Positions 19,467 through 29,056 of a stretch of DNA of 64,000 nucleotides are shown here, piece after piece (the stretch's first letter is position 1; the number at the start of each line of letters is the position of its first letter). A program made the position numbers and the translations under genes. Below the pieces are notes generated by a model. That model saw only the letters and a list, made by a program, of their open reading frames with translations. It was not told the DNA's origin and ran no database searches. Source of the stretch: Oligoflexales bacterium (GTDB lineage Bacteria; Bdellovibrionota_B; Oligoflexia; Oligoflexales; Bog-1112); contig JBGCDR010000040.1 in assembly GCA_045105515.1 (NCBI GenBank), positions 1 to 64,000 of the forward strand. Direction: 5' to 3'.

Positions 19467-20225
19467 ATGAATCGAGAAAGGATTAAACCAATGGTAATTC
19501 AAAAAAATCTTGCTCGCTTTGCCACAAGGATAGTTTTCATAGTACTAGTCTTGAGCAACACCAAAGTCCTTGCGCAAGCTCTTGACGATAAGCCTGGCTC
19601 TGAAGAGAATGTTCAAGAAATAGGTCTTTCTTTTCGTCATATCGTAATTTTACAGGCTGATTTAAAGAATATATGGGGAACTTATTTTTTTGCTGTCACT
19701 AACAATACTCAAGAGCAAAAAAGCTTCAAAACTTTTTTGATGCTGCCAAGAGAAAGCATAGACTTCAAAGCTCAAGATGGACTTGAAGATCAAGATCTTA
19801 AGTTAGATGAAAATGGGCAACTGTATTTGGAAAAAGAGTTTCCTCCTGGAGTAAGCTTACTTGGAGTTAGCTTTCAAGTTAAAGCTGATCAAATTGGCTC
19901 AGACACCATTAGCTTTCTTCCCCCCTTCGACGTCCAAGAGCTTAGTGTTGCAGTCCCTAGTAGAAGTGGCATAAGTGTTGCGGGAGAAACATTTAAGCAA
20001 GGGGTTCCGCCCATGTTAGCTGATGGGCGTTACAAGGGAATGCAAATCACCGGTGTAAAAAAAGATCAGATCCTGGAAATTGAAATTAGCGGGATTCCTA
20101 AAAACCGTTTACAATTATGGGTCGTAAGTGGAGTGCTCACTGTCCTAATCACCTTATTCGGAATTGGGCTCACGATTAAAACCAGGGATCTTAGAGGCTC
20201 AGAACCGGAAGATCAATTCATTTAA
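19467..20225 (+). CDS. Hypothetical exported protein with C-terminal TM anchor
   Basis: Signal-like N-terminus, beta-rich middle, TM LWVVSGVLTVLITLFGIGL. Confidence 0.7.
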   Translation: MNRERIKPMVIQKNLARFATRIVFIVLVLSNTKVLAQALDDKPGSEENVQEIGLSFRHIVILQADLKNIWGTYFFAVTNNTQEQKSFKTFLMLPRESIDFKAQDGLEDQDLKLDENGQLYLEKEFPPGVSLLGVSFQVKADQIGSDTISFLPPFDVQELSVAVPSRSGISVAGETFKQGVPPMLADGRYKGMQITGVKKDQILEIEISGIPKNRLQLWVVSGVLTVLITLFGIGLTIKTRDLRGSEPEDQFI

Positions 20226-20237
20226 AGGGAGTGCCCC

Positions 20238-20462
20238 ATGGCACCTTTAGGTATTTTACTTAAATTCCTCATTCCAGTACTTGGCTTTTATTTGGCGCAA
20301 AAATGGGTTAGAAACGCCTTAAACCCCTCTCAAAATTACTCAGGTAATCCTGAGGACAAGCAAACGAATGCTGGTGACAAAGGTGCTGATGATGTAATTG
20401 AGATCTGCCCTGAATGTGGTAATGTCATGCAGCGAAACCATAAGTGTCAGTATAATTCTTGA
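20238..20462 (+). CDS. Small membrane protein with putative metal-binding CPECG...HKC motif
   Basis: GGGAG RBS, N-terminal TM and CxxC...HxC. Confidence 0.65.
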   Translation: MAPLGILLKFLIPVLGFYLAQKWVRNALNPSQNYSGNPEDKQTNAGDKGADDVIEICPECGNVMQRNHKCQYNS

Positions 20463-20489
20463 ATCAAAGCTAAGAATTATACCCATAGC

Positions 20490-21641
20490 TCATGGAACCA
20501 CAGGCATCGTAAAGCTAGTCGTGCCATAAGCATTGAAGGTTTCATCCAGCTGAGATATTTCAGACGAAATCCTGATAATTTCATCCATAGCCTGTTCAAG
20601 AATCTTCTCATCTTGAATTTTAATCATTTCCTGGCTAAGTTGTTCTGCTTTTTTACATGCGGGATGAGTAGTAGCAGATGTGTTTCTCGATTTTAATGAA
20701 CGAATCAAAGTACTAATACCAAGGGCACTGGCAAAAAACCCTGCTGTGAAAAGATTCTTATTAAAACTTGATGCGTTACCTACCGATTTTAAAAAGCCCT
20801 CACTTTTGCTAAGAAACCGATATTTTTTCACGTAATTTGCAGCTGCATTCAAGCTTCGTTTTGTAATAAGTGCTCTTGCTCCAAATGCTCCACCTACAGC
20901 AATTGCCGTAGAAAGTAAATCCCAGCCAAAGCTGTCAACATTAGCTTGTGTACGAATCTTATTTGCTGCTTGCTGACAACGCTCTTGTTCGTTAACTATC
21001 GCTCGTGCCAAGCCAAGCAGCTGAGAAATTATGGCATCATAAGCAGACTCGGCATCAGCTAGCTCCATGGATTGCCGAAGCACCTGATTCGATGGTGATT
21101 CTTTATAATCCAAAGTATTAGTGATGCTTAAATGGTAGCTGCACTCATCCTTACCGATAAGAGAAATTCCAGCAGAGACACAAGGGTTTATAAGGTAAAA
21201 AAACTTCCCATTTTTCGCCCCTAAATCCTGAAAATCTTTGCTATTAAAGCGATTGCTAGCTACCTTACAGCGCTTACTGTCTCCAAAAGAATCTAACCAT
21301 ACCCATTTTCTAGATTCCACTTTTTGACCATCGCTCTGACTAAGTGTGTATTCTAAGTATTCTCGGTAACTTTCTTGGCAGCGAATAATTTTCACGTAAT
21401 CATTACCTACAAACTTCATTTGAAAACTCGGTAAACTATAGCGTTCCTGAAAGGGCTCACTTGTCACAGAGGCTGCTTCAAGCTCCACCTTAACTTTTTG
21501 GGGGTCAACCAATTCAAACACTAGATCAATACTTTGGGAATTAGGTAAGCTAGTATCATTTTGGGTGACACGTCGCTTTACACATGCAAGACTGATGCAG
21601 GTAAGCAAGACAAACGTAATTAAGCTTTGGATCGACATCAT
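20490..21641 (-). CDS. Uncharacterised lipoprotein A (paralog of 21651-23171)
   Basis: Lipobox ISLAC, Cys-conserved head, coiled coil and two internal hydrophobic segments. Confidence 0.8.
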   Translation of the reverse strand: MMSIQSLITFVLLTCISLACVKRRVTQNDTSLPNSQSIDLVFELVDPQKVKVELEAASVTSEPFQERYSLPSFQMKFVGNDYVKIIRCQESYREYLEYTLSQSDGQKVESRKWVWLDSFGDSKRCKVASNRFNSKDFQDLGAKNGKFFYLINPCVSAGISLIGKDECSYHLSITNTLDYKESPSNQVLRQSMELADAESAYDAIISQLLGLARAIVNEQERCQQAANKIRTQANVDSFGWDLLSTAIAVGGAFGARALITKRSLNAAANYVKKYRFLSKSEGFLKSVGNASSFNKNLFTAGFFASALGISTLIRSLKSRNTSATTHPACKKAEQLSQEMIKIQDEKILEQAMDEIIRISSEISQLDETFNAYGTTSFTMPVVP

Positions 21642-21650
21642 ATTTCCTCT

Positions 21651-23171
21651 CTAAGCCTCAGGATCTCTAGCAATTTCAGCTTTGTTGAGGTGCTGTTGTT
21701 GCAGCCTCATAGTCTGCTCCAGATCTTCAGCCAAGGTATTCAAGTCCTCCTGAATAGACAACGCTTTGGCACAGCCACAAAAAACCTGATCAGTTCTAAG
21801 CTTATCTGAAACTCCATAACAAGCCTTAGCATCTCGTGGGAAACTAGATAAAGATTGGGAACCTGCCATAAAGGCATGAGAAATCAATAGAGCTGATGAT
21901 GTAGTGATGCTAGTAGCTGCCAAAACTTGCGCAGCTCTAGTTCCTTTTGAAACCTTTGCTCCGAGATCCACGCCTATTTTTTCATCTTTAAATTTACCAA
22001 AATTCTTCAGATAATCTTGGTTTTTGGGATCTATCTCACTAACTTTGGAACTCAGATCTCGAACGTCCTTCAATTCACTCTCAAGTGCCTCTTTTCTTGT
22101 TTTATTTTGCAGTTTCGTGGAATCTGGGAGCTTATTAATTCTTTGATTTATCACACCTTCATGCCTTGCAAGGCTACGAATAAGGCTCTGTTTCTGACTA
22201 GCTAATTTTTTTTCAGATATGTTCGGAGTAAGGAGCTTATTTTTTTTAGCGATTACAGTTCGGGAACTAAAATCATAATCAGGTCTAAAATATTGTCGCC
22301 CTTTAAATCCAACAGTTCCCAAAACTGGAATCCCAAAAGCAATCACCCCTCCTAGAATAGCAGAGATCGCTGACTTTTTTTCCTCATTTATCACTCGAGT
22401 TTGATGTTTCTCTTGGCATCCAAAAAGTTGTTGGTTCAATTCAATAGTTTTATTCACTATTTGTCGATTGATGGTATCAATCTTACTACGAACCAGCGAG
22501 GCTTCAGCTAGAGCTTCAAGTTCTGCTTTTTGCCTTCTATTTATATGATTATATTCAGGTGATCGACTTACTTGCCTACTACAATTAGTGCTTGAAAATC
22601 CTTCAATATTAAGGAGACGACCTTGATCGACACATGCCCTTATATAGTAGTTGAAAGTACCGCTCGAAGCTGAACTGTCTTCATAGGATGTATCCGTATA
22701 AGATGTAGCAATCAAAATACAACCAGGAGTAATAACAGCTGCTTCCCAAAAATTATTTCTTTGATAAATACGTGTCTCTGTTTGTAGATCTTTAGAACCA
22801 AGTTCCACATAGTCGATGCTGTCAGCACCTCCGTGGATAATGACATTGTCAGGGCAGCGCAAGATTTCTACATAATCCGCTTGGAGAGGCATTTCATAGA
22901 TGACAACGGGGGTCTCTGCTTTCAAAAACGTCTGTTGCCCAACCCGAAGTCCATTGATTCTGAAATTATTCTCATCAAGCAAAATAGGATGAACACTAGG
23001 ACGGCTTATTACCTCATCTTCTTCAATTAGAGAAAGCTTATTTGATTGAAGCTCCCTATTTGGCTCTTGTAGATTTTTGCTCACAGATTTTGTTTTGCAT
23101 GCTGTTTGCAGCACGAACATACTTAAAAAAAAGACAAGCAGAAACTTACAATTTTCTCTCAAAAGACTCAT
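21651..23171 (-). CDS. Uncharacterised lipoprotein B (paralog of 20490-21641)
   Basis: Lipobox LQTAC. Shares the DYVxIxRC and DxxAxxGxFxYxIxxCV motifs with its neighbour. Confidence 0.8.
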   Translation of the reverse strand: MSLLRENCKFLLVFFLSMFVLQTACKTKSVSKNLQEPNRELQSNKLSLIEEDEVISRPSVHPILLDENNFRINGLRVGQQTFLKAETPVVIYEMPLQADYVEILRCPDNVIIHGGADSIDYVELGSKDLQTETRIYQRNNFWEAAVITPGCILIATSYTDTSYEDSSASSGTFNYYIRACVDQGRLLNIEGFSSTNCSRQVSRSPEYNHINRRQKAELEALAEASLVRSKIDTINRQIVNKTIELNQQLFGCQEKHQTRVINEEKKSAISAILGGVIAFGIPVLGTVGFKGRQYFRPDYDFSSRTVIAKKNKLLTPNISEKKLASQKQSLIRSLARHEGVINQRINKLPDSTKLQNKTRKEALESELKDVRDLSSKVSEIDPKNQDYLKNFGKFKDEKIGVDLGAKVSKGTRAAQVLAATSITTSSALLISHAFMAGSQSLSSFPRDAKACYGVSDKLRTDQVFCGCAKALSIQEDLNTLAEDLEQTMRLQQQHLNKAEIARDPEA

Positions 23172-23260
23172 AAATAGTCCTTAGTACCATAGTAACAAAG
23201 CATCACAAAGAACCTCGTTTAGGTCCTAACATAGCGTTCGAATAGGTCAATTCACCAGAG

Positions 23261-23287
23261 GTATCGGAATTATTTCATGAAACCTTA
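23261..23287 (-). promoter_or_regulatory. Sigma-28 (FliA)-like promoter TAAG-N15-TCCGATAC
   Basis: Matches the TAAA-N15-GCCGATAA type consensus about 90 bp upstream of 23171. Confidence 0.65.
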
Positions 23288-23316
23288 GATTTTTTCAAAT
23301 GCAATGTGTTGTAGAG

Positions 23317-24273
23317 TCAGTTATTCATAAGGTATTGATCTAGGTAGGATAAAGCTTGTTCATAGGCAAAGCCAATATTTTTTTCATCCTTATTTTTCAA
23401 GCTGGGCTCAAGAAAATCTGTAGCGACGTTTTCATAAAATCTAAAATCAGAATTCTTTCCTGATTTTTCATTTAAGGTCTGCTCAAGCTCTCTGATCTCT
23501 GTGGTTTCAGGTCCGTCATCACCAGGGAAAATATGAAACGTTGGAATGGGAATATTTGGCGCATCCTTAGAAAGTTCGAATGGTGAACCATAAAAGTTTA
23601 CCAATGCTGCAAAAGAACTAGGAAAGTTAATCATGGTTTCAATCGCCCAATAACCTCCTTCATCCCAGCCAACAACTCCTAAAGAGGTAACCCCTAGCTC
23701 ATCTCGCAAATAGTCTACACCGCTCGTTATGTTAGTAAAAACATCTGTTTTTCCTCGAGCTTGAATAGATTGGTAAAAGCTATCTGCATCATCCTCTCCA
23801 GGCAATCTACCCTCATAAAGATCGATGGCCAAAACTCGATAACCCCTCGCCGCAAAACGCATGAGATTTCGTTTGAATTCTTCAGTCATTCCTTTAACAC
23901 CATGTATAGCTATTAAACCAGCCCCCGAAGAGCCGCCGTTACTATTGCGAATATAAAACCCTTTGTGAGCAGAGCTTGCACCCTGACCATACTCTATTGG
24001 CTTTGATCGATAAGAGGTAGGACCTCCGGGTACTAAAAATTCTTCATCAATGAGTCCACCAGAACTAGTGGAACTATTAAAGGTGCTGTTTTGCTCATTA
24101 CCTGTCTCAGTTGTAATTCCTGTGCCATTATTATCTGTTTGTTTATCTTTTGGATCATTTGTTTGTTTTTGTTTGCTGACACTTTGGTCTCGCTCTCTAA
24201 CTTGCTGACTTTGTTGACTTGACTCGCAAGAAAGCGAAAATATACAAACTATAAAAAAGTAGCGTATCTTCAT
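23317..24273 (-). CDS. Lipoprotein with a dienelactone hydrolase-family domain and non-canonical active site
   Basis: Lipobox FSLSC, low-complexity linker, FAARGYRVLAIDLY, GVVGWDEGG and FYG. Confidence 0.8.
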   Translation of the reverse strand: MKIRYFFIVCIFSLSCESSQQSQQVRERDQSVSKQKQTNDPKDKQTDNNGTGITTETGNEQNSTFNSSTSSGGLIDEEFLVPGGPTSYRSKPIEYGQGASSAHKGFYIRNSNGGSSGAGLIAIHGVKGMTEEFKRNLMRFAARGYRVLAIDLYEGRLPGEDDADSFYQSIQARGKTDVFTNITSGVDYLRDELGVTSLGVVGWDEGGYWAIETMINFPSSFAALVNFYGSPFELSKDAPNIPIPTFHIFPGDDGPETTEIRELEQTLNEKSGKNSDFRFYENVATDFLEPSLKNKDEKNIGFAYEQALSYLDQYLMNN

Positions 24274-24320
24274 CTAGTTACCTAAACAATTTAATATAAA
24301 AAATATACACATCCAGGAGA

Positions 24321-24347
24321 GTATCGGTAAAAGTCCAGAAAATCTTA
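24321..24347 (-). promoter_or_regulatory. Sigma-28 (FliA)-like promoter TAAG-N15-ACCGATAC
   Basis: Same architecture as 23261-23287, about 48 bp upstream of 24273. Confidence 0.65.
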
Positions 24348-24407
24348 AGAATTTTTTCCAAATCAAAAAAGGTGGATAGGTTCAAGCTTATAAATTATTT
24401 GAGGTGG

Positions 24408-24431
24408 TTTCTGACGACCAGTCGCCAGAAA
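24408..24431 (-). terminator. Hairpin downstream of the esterase gene
   Basis: TTTCTGGCGAC-TG-GTCGTCAGAAA on the minus strand, about 10 nt after the stop. The U-tract is weak. Confidence 0.4.
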
Positions 24432-24440
24432 GACTGTAAA

Positions 24441-25550
24441 CTATTGACCAACGCCATCAGGATCGCAATTTTCACAGACAACAGATGAAATTTGTTCACC
24501 CTCTAAATAGTCTTTTATCCAAGATGTAAACCTAACTCCCCTACTTTGAACTGTATACAATTCATCATATGGTAAAACACAGTGTTCTAAACCTGGAGCG
24601 ATGAATGAACGAAAACTGGAAAGAGATTGTTGAATAATATTAAGACTATCAAACATATAAGGCGACCAATATTCTGGTGCTCCTCCCATAATTTCAAAAT
24701 AGAAGGTTTGATTATCATCAAAAGCACTTGTATATTGACTTAAGCTGATATTAGGATAATAGTGACCTATCTTGGTGTAGAGATCATGAATACCAAGCTT
24801 ACTCCAGTCAATTTCATCAGGATTTAACCCTGGTATCCACCTTGGAGCCGCTTCTACGGCATTCCACTTTGGAAAGCTTTCATGGAAAAAACGATCTGTT
24901 ATAATTCCAATTCCACTATCACCAAGCTGTTTGAAATCAGCATTTGGGAACAAACGTCTAACTTCTGGAGTCCAATATATAGAACCGTAGGAACCAGCAC
25001 TGCAACCAGTGACCACGACTTTATTTGGATTAGTAATATTATTTGCTACCCAACTCAGTACTGACTTAGTATTGACCGCTCCTTTATGCATAATTGTAAA
25101 AGATTCGCCGTCATCTTTGGTGTAAGTTACTTGGTTATTTCCCCAGTGAATATCACCAGTACAATAAGGAATCACAACATGATTATAGTCTTTAAACGGG
25201 TTATCTGTTCTGGCTCTCCGGTAGACTCCTGCCAAGTCACCACTTTCATACTTTCGCTTTAAATGATCTACATTATCCGAAAAAGTGGCTGTATCTTTAG
25301 CACAAGTTTCAGCATTCCAGCAAGCTCCTCCTCCAATAAAATCGATCACAACCTTATCCGAATTTCCAGGCGATACAAAAAAAGAGAAATCATCTCCGCG
25401 TGCACACCCCGTTTCACCTCCAGGTCTAACTTCATTCCATCCAGCCTGCATGTCTTCGATTCGATCTACAACTGGAACAGTAGCCATGGCAAGATCAATG
25501 CTTAAGAAACTAGGCAAACCAATCCCAATTAAGGTTTTCAGTACCTTCAT
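24441..25550 (-). CDS. Secreted pectin acetylesterase/Notum-like alpha/beta hydrolase
   Basis: GGGACW, IPYCTGDIHWG, nucleophile GCSAG, DSG and H-C near the C-terminus. Signal peptide present. Confidence 0.85.
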   Translation of the reverse strand: MKVLKTLIGIGLPSFLSIDLAMATVPVVDRIEDMQAGWNEVRPGGETGCARGDDFSFFVSPGNSDKVVIDFIGGGACWNAETCAKDTATFSDNVDHLKRKYESGDLAGVYRRARTDNPFKDYNHVVIPYCTGDIHWGNNQVTYTKDDGESFTIMHKGAVNTKSVLSWVANNITNPNKVVVTGCSAGSYGSIYWTPEVRRLFPNADFKQLGDSGIGIITDRFFHESFPKWNAVEAAPRWIPGLNPDEIDWSKLGIHDLYTKIGHYYPNISLSQYTSAFDDNQTFYFEIMGGAPEYWSPYMFDSLNIIQQSLSSFRSFIAPGLEHCVLPYDELYTVQSRGVRFTSWIKDYLEGEQISSVVCENCDPDGVGQ

Positions 25551-25917
25551 AATCTAAGCCTCCCTGCAAATAATTTTTTTGATTATCTAGTAATAATATT
25601 AATATTTCTTAAAGAATGTCAAGGATTCAACCATACGAATTATAGGGCAGTGATGCATTTTAGACTAATCAAACTACATTAAAGTACTCATTGATCTATC
25701 AAATCAAAATGAGATATCTAGATTCGTTCTCCACCAACATGATGCTATTTTTTTACTATATACCGTCTGAGGTAGGAACATACTTTTGAAAAAATAATTT
25801 TCTTGTAACTTCTCAGGCAATGAGATTGATCGTTAGTCATTATATAAGGAAGATATTTTTTTTATAGAATTTGGAACCATCCGAATAAAAAAAAATGCAA
25901 ATAGGTTTAGAATAGAA

Positions 25918-26670
25918 TTATTTGACCTTGAGATTTACCGGAATTTTTGTCCCATTCCTAGTTAATTCAAAGGACATTTCCTTGGAGTTTTTCAATGAAT
26001 GAAGCAGCTTTATAGTTGCCGTGACATCATCAAGTGAGATACCATTGATAGAGTTTACAATATCTCCGTTTTTAAGCCCAGATTTTGCATAAATACTGTT
26101 CTCATCAATTTGATCGATCATGAATCCAATAATTTTTCCATTCTTTATAACCGGTTCAGCACTCGCTTGCATTAGTATCTTTGGTAGGTCTTCCCGGATA
26201 ATTTTCTCTCTATATTCTTCAGACATTTCAATATCTGTTTTTTCGCGCTCAAAGCCTTCTTCACGGTAGGAATCAACAAATCCAAACTTTTGTTTCTTTG
26301 CTTTGCTCTTAGCTAATATTGCTCCAGAAAATCCATCTTTATAGACTTTAATATATTTTTTATTGGAACCGAGAGTTTCTACCACAATATAGTTGGCCTT
26401 TATATCGACAATCCTATATTGATTAAACAACTTAAACCCAACTCGATGTGCTTTTACGGAGCCATTAGTTTTGTTCTTTAGAAGGATAACATTGTCTGAA
26501 CTTTGAGAAACAATCGATCCAATCATCAAAACTCCTATCTCTGATGCAAATTTAACTTCGCTGGGCTCGATTTCTTCGTTTTTTGCTAATCCTCTTTGAA
26601 ACAATAAAGACAAGAACAGGCTCAGACTCAATAGAACTAAGCAGGTTTTTAAAACGCCATTTTTTATCAT
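25918..26670 (-). CDS. GspC-like membrane protein with a PDZ domain
   Basis: N-terminal TM and C-terminal PDZ motifs (IIGFMIDQI...GLKNGDIVNSING...RNG). Start moved to MIKNG because the FliA-like promoter lies inside the longer ORF. Confidence 0.8.
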   Translation of the reverse strand: MIKNGVLKTCLVLLSLSLFLSLLFQRGLAKNEEIEPSEVKFASEIGVLMIGSIVSQSSDNVILLKNKTNGSVKAHRVGFKLFNQYRIVDIKANYIVVETLGSNKKYIKVYKDGFSGAILAKSKAKKQKFGFVDSYREEGFEREKTDIEMSEEYREKIIREDLPKILMQASAEPVIKNGKIIGFMIDQIDENSIYAKSGLKNGDIVNSINGISLDDVTATIKLLHSLKNSKEMSFELTRNGTKIPVNLKVK

Positions 26671-26698
26671 AATTGCTTCCCGTAGCTTTACCAGATGG

Positions 26699-26725
26699 TT
26701 ATCGGAAGCTTGGCGAAATCTTTTA
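26699..26725 (-). promoter_or_regulatory. Sigma-28 (FliA)-like promoter TAAA-N15-TCCGATAA
   Basis: Near-consensus match about 29 bp upstream of ATG 26670. Confidence 0.7.
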
Positions 26726-26831
26726 CAATAAAATTTGGCTATTCTCATTTGCGCTCGAGAGCGTCATTCTATTATATAAGTAGAGTCCTCTGGACTTGAT
26801 TTTCATCAATAGTTTTCAAGGATAACGCTAT

Positions 26832-27524
26832 ATGGCAAGTATTACTCCCAAAGAAGTGAGAAAGGTACTGAACCGAAAGATATTTCAACTCAATGATATT
26901 ATTGCAGATATTGACACCCTTCTTACAAAAATGGAAACAAACTATTACCGTGTAAGTATTTTTGGATCGGCACGTTTGCAGCCTGATACACCAGCATATA
27001 AGGAGGTATACGACCTGGCTTTTCAATTGGCCATGAGAGGCATTGATATAGTCACTGGTGGTGGCCCAGGCCTAATGGATGCGGCTAATAAGGGCGCTAA
27101 GGATGGAGGACAAAAAAGTCGGTCCATAGGCCTGCCTATTGAGCTGCCATTTGAATCAGATGCTAATTCTCATCTGGATGTAAAAAGGCAGCATAAACGC
27201 TTTTCATCTAGGCTTGACGAATTTATGCGAATTTCCCACGCGGTCGTTGTCACACCAGGAGGAATCGGGACCATCTTGGAGCTCTTCTATACCTGGCAAC
27301 TAATCCAAGTTGGGCACATTAAGCCAAGGCCTACCTTGTTGCTTGGTGGAGGAAAGATGTGGGATGAACTAATCACATGGATCAATAACTGGCCTCTTAA
27401 AATGGATCTAATGTCACCAAATGACATGAATCATCTCACTATATGCAGCTCGATAGAACAAGTTATTAGCAAATTGGAACCCGAAGTTAAGCGCTTTCGC
27501 AAGGTCTCCTCCAAAAGCAAGTGA
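26832..27524 (+). CDS. LOG family nucleotide phosphoribohydrolase-like protein
   Basis: IFGSAR, TGGGPGLMDAANKGA, PGGIGTILE. Confidence 0.9.
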   Translation: MASITPKEVRKVLNRKIFQLNDIIADIDTLLTKMETNYYRVSIFGSARLQPDTPAYKEVYDLAFQLAMRGIDIVTGGGPGLMDAANKGAKDGGQKSRSIGLPIELPFESDANSHLDVKRQHKRFSSRLDEFMRISHAVVVTPGGIGTILELFYTWQLIQVGHIKPRPTLLLGGGKMWDELITWINNWPLKMDLMSPNDMNHLTICSSIEQVISKLEPEVKRFRKVSSKSK

Positions 27525-27851
27525 ATCCCACCTAAGTTCCCAGCAAGAGTCTTCTTGCTTCACATCTTTCGGGGAAATACTTGCTCTTCCCTTGAATGAT
27601 CCGACCTCTTGAAGGTGGTTGAAACTAAGTCCATAATTGCTCAATCTGTATCTTATTCTAACTTTTTTATTTAGTCCCATTGCCGATAAATGCCTATTCT
27701 TCCAATTTAAATACCCTTCAGAGCTTTTGAAACCTTACTTTCGACAAAAATCCTGTGTTTTTAGATAGATATTAAGAGAATCTTTTATTATCCAGCATTT
27801 CGTGGTAAGTTCATACCATCTGAGAACCAAGCTATAATACCATGTGAACTT

Positions 27852-28904
27852 ATGAGCGAACAAAAGCAAAGCATAAATAGTTTTTTAAGCTCATTTTTGC
27901 TGCTGATAGTAGCTTTATTCACATCATATTCAATTTTGCTCATTTATCGTCCCGAAACTTCAGAATCCTTTAAATATTTGCCAGCAAAAAACTCAACTAG
28001 CAAAAAGTCTAACATACCTAATGACTTGGTCGATCACGAACGTATGCAGCACCTCAGTCAAGGTGACTTTGCTCAGGAAAGCAGTTGGCCCTCCTCAGTT
28101 TCTCAAGACGGAAAAGACAAGCAGACTAACACATCTAAAGAAGCTTCTTTGCAATCCAAAAGTCCTAGTTTCGATCCTACTGAAATAGAATCGTTGCTCT
28201 CAGATGCTATGAACCTAGTTGACCAAGGAAATCACCAAGCCGCAGCAAAAATACTGGAGAAAATCCTTGAATTTGATCCAAGGAATGAGATGGCTCTGGT
28301 TGAAATGGGAATGATTCAGCTAATTGATCTCAAGTCTCCTCAAAATGCCATTTATTACCTTCAATCAGCTTTAAGAGTTAATCCAAGCAATAGAGTTGTT
28401 TTATCAGAACTAGTTGGTATTTACGACGAGTTAGGACAATCGGGAACAGGGCTTAACTACCTTCAACAGCTTTACGAGGAAACCTCTGAGAATACTGCGC
28501 TTGCATCAGGGATTGGCCAGGTATTGGCAGGTCAAGGCCGTCTCCAAGAAGCCTTACCATACTTGGAAAAATCCGCCGAAGATAGTCAATCTGGAGTTGC
28601 ATTAACCGACTTAGCTGATGCCTACTCCCAGACAGGAAATAAAGAAAAGTCACTTGAAACCTATCAAAAAGTTATCGATCTTGAACGGGAGCGGGTGGAA
28701 TCTGGTTATTATACGAACGACCCAAAAGGCGGTAAGGACAACTTGGCCATGGCTTATATGGATAAAATTGCAGAACTCATCCAACAAAATAAGCACTCCG
28801 AGGCTGAAGATCTCGTGGAAAATAAAGTAAAAAACCTCTATGGAGGCGACCTAAGAGATATCGCCAAACTATTTGAAAAAAACCGCTCTTTATCAAAGCG
28901 TTAA
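27852..28904 (+). CDS. Membrane-anchored TPR protein
   Basis: N-terminal TM, disordered linker and multiple TPR-like repeats. Confidence 0.8.
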   Translation: MSEQKQSINSFLSSFLLLIVALFTSYSILLIYRPETSESFKYLPAKNSTSKKSNIPNDLVDHERMQHLSQGDFAQESSWPSSVSQDGKDKQTNTSKEASLQSKSPSFDPTEIESLLSDAMNLVDQGNHQAAAKILEKILEFDPRNEMALVEMGMIQLIDLKSPQNAIYYLQSALRVNPSNRVVLSELVGIYDELGQSGTGLNYLQQLYEETSENTALASGIGQVLAGQGRLQEALPYLEKSAEDSQSGVALTDLADAYSQTGNKEKSLETYQKVIDLERERVESGYYTNDPKGGKDNLAMAYMDKIAELIQQNKHSEAEDLVENKVKNLYGGDLRDIAKLFEKNRSLSKR

Positions 28905-29056
28905 GCAAGCTTTGTGTACCTCTATACTGAAGACTTTTCTTCTCCTATCCTTTAAACAAAAGATGTTATATAAGCATTCATTTGCATGCTTATATAGCCG
29001 TTATGGTTTCGACAAATTAATAGTCCAATATCTTTGAATTTATAGCTGAGATCAAC

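Noticed and set aside
27682..27689. Additional FliA promoter (GCCGATAA) upstream of the TPR gene
   Set aside because: The -10 is perfect but there is no TAAA/TAAG at a 14-16 nt spacing, so it was not counted.
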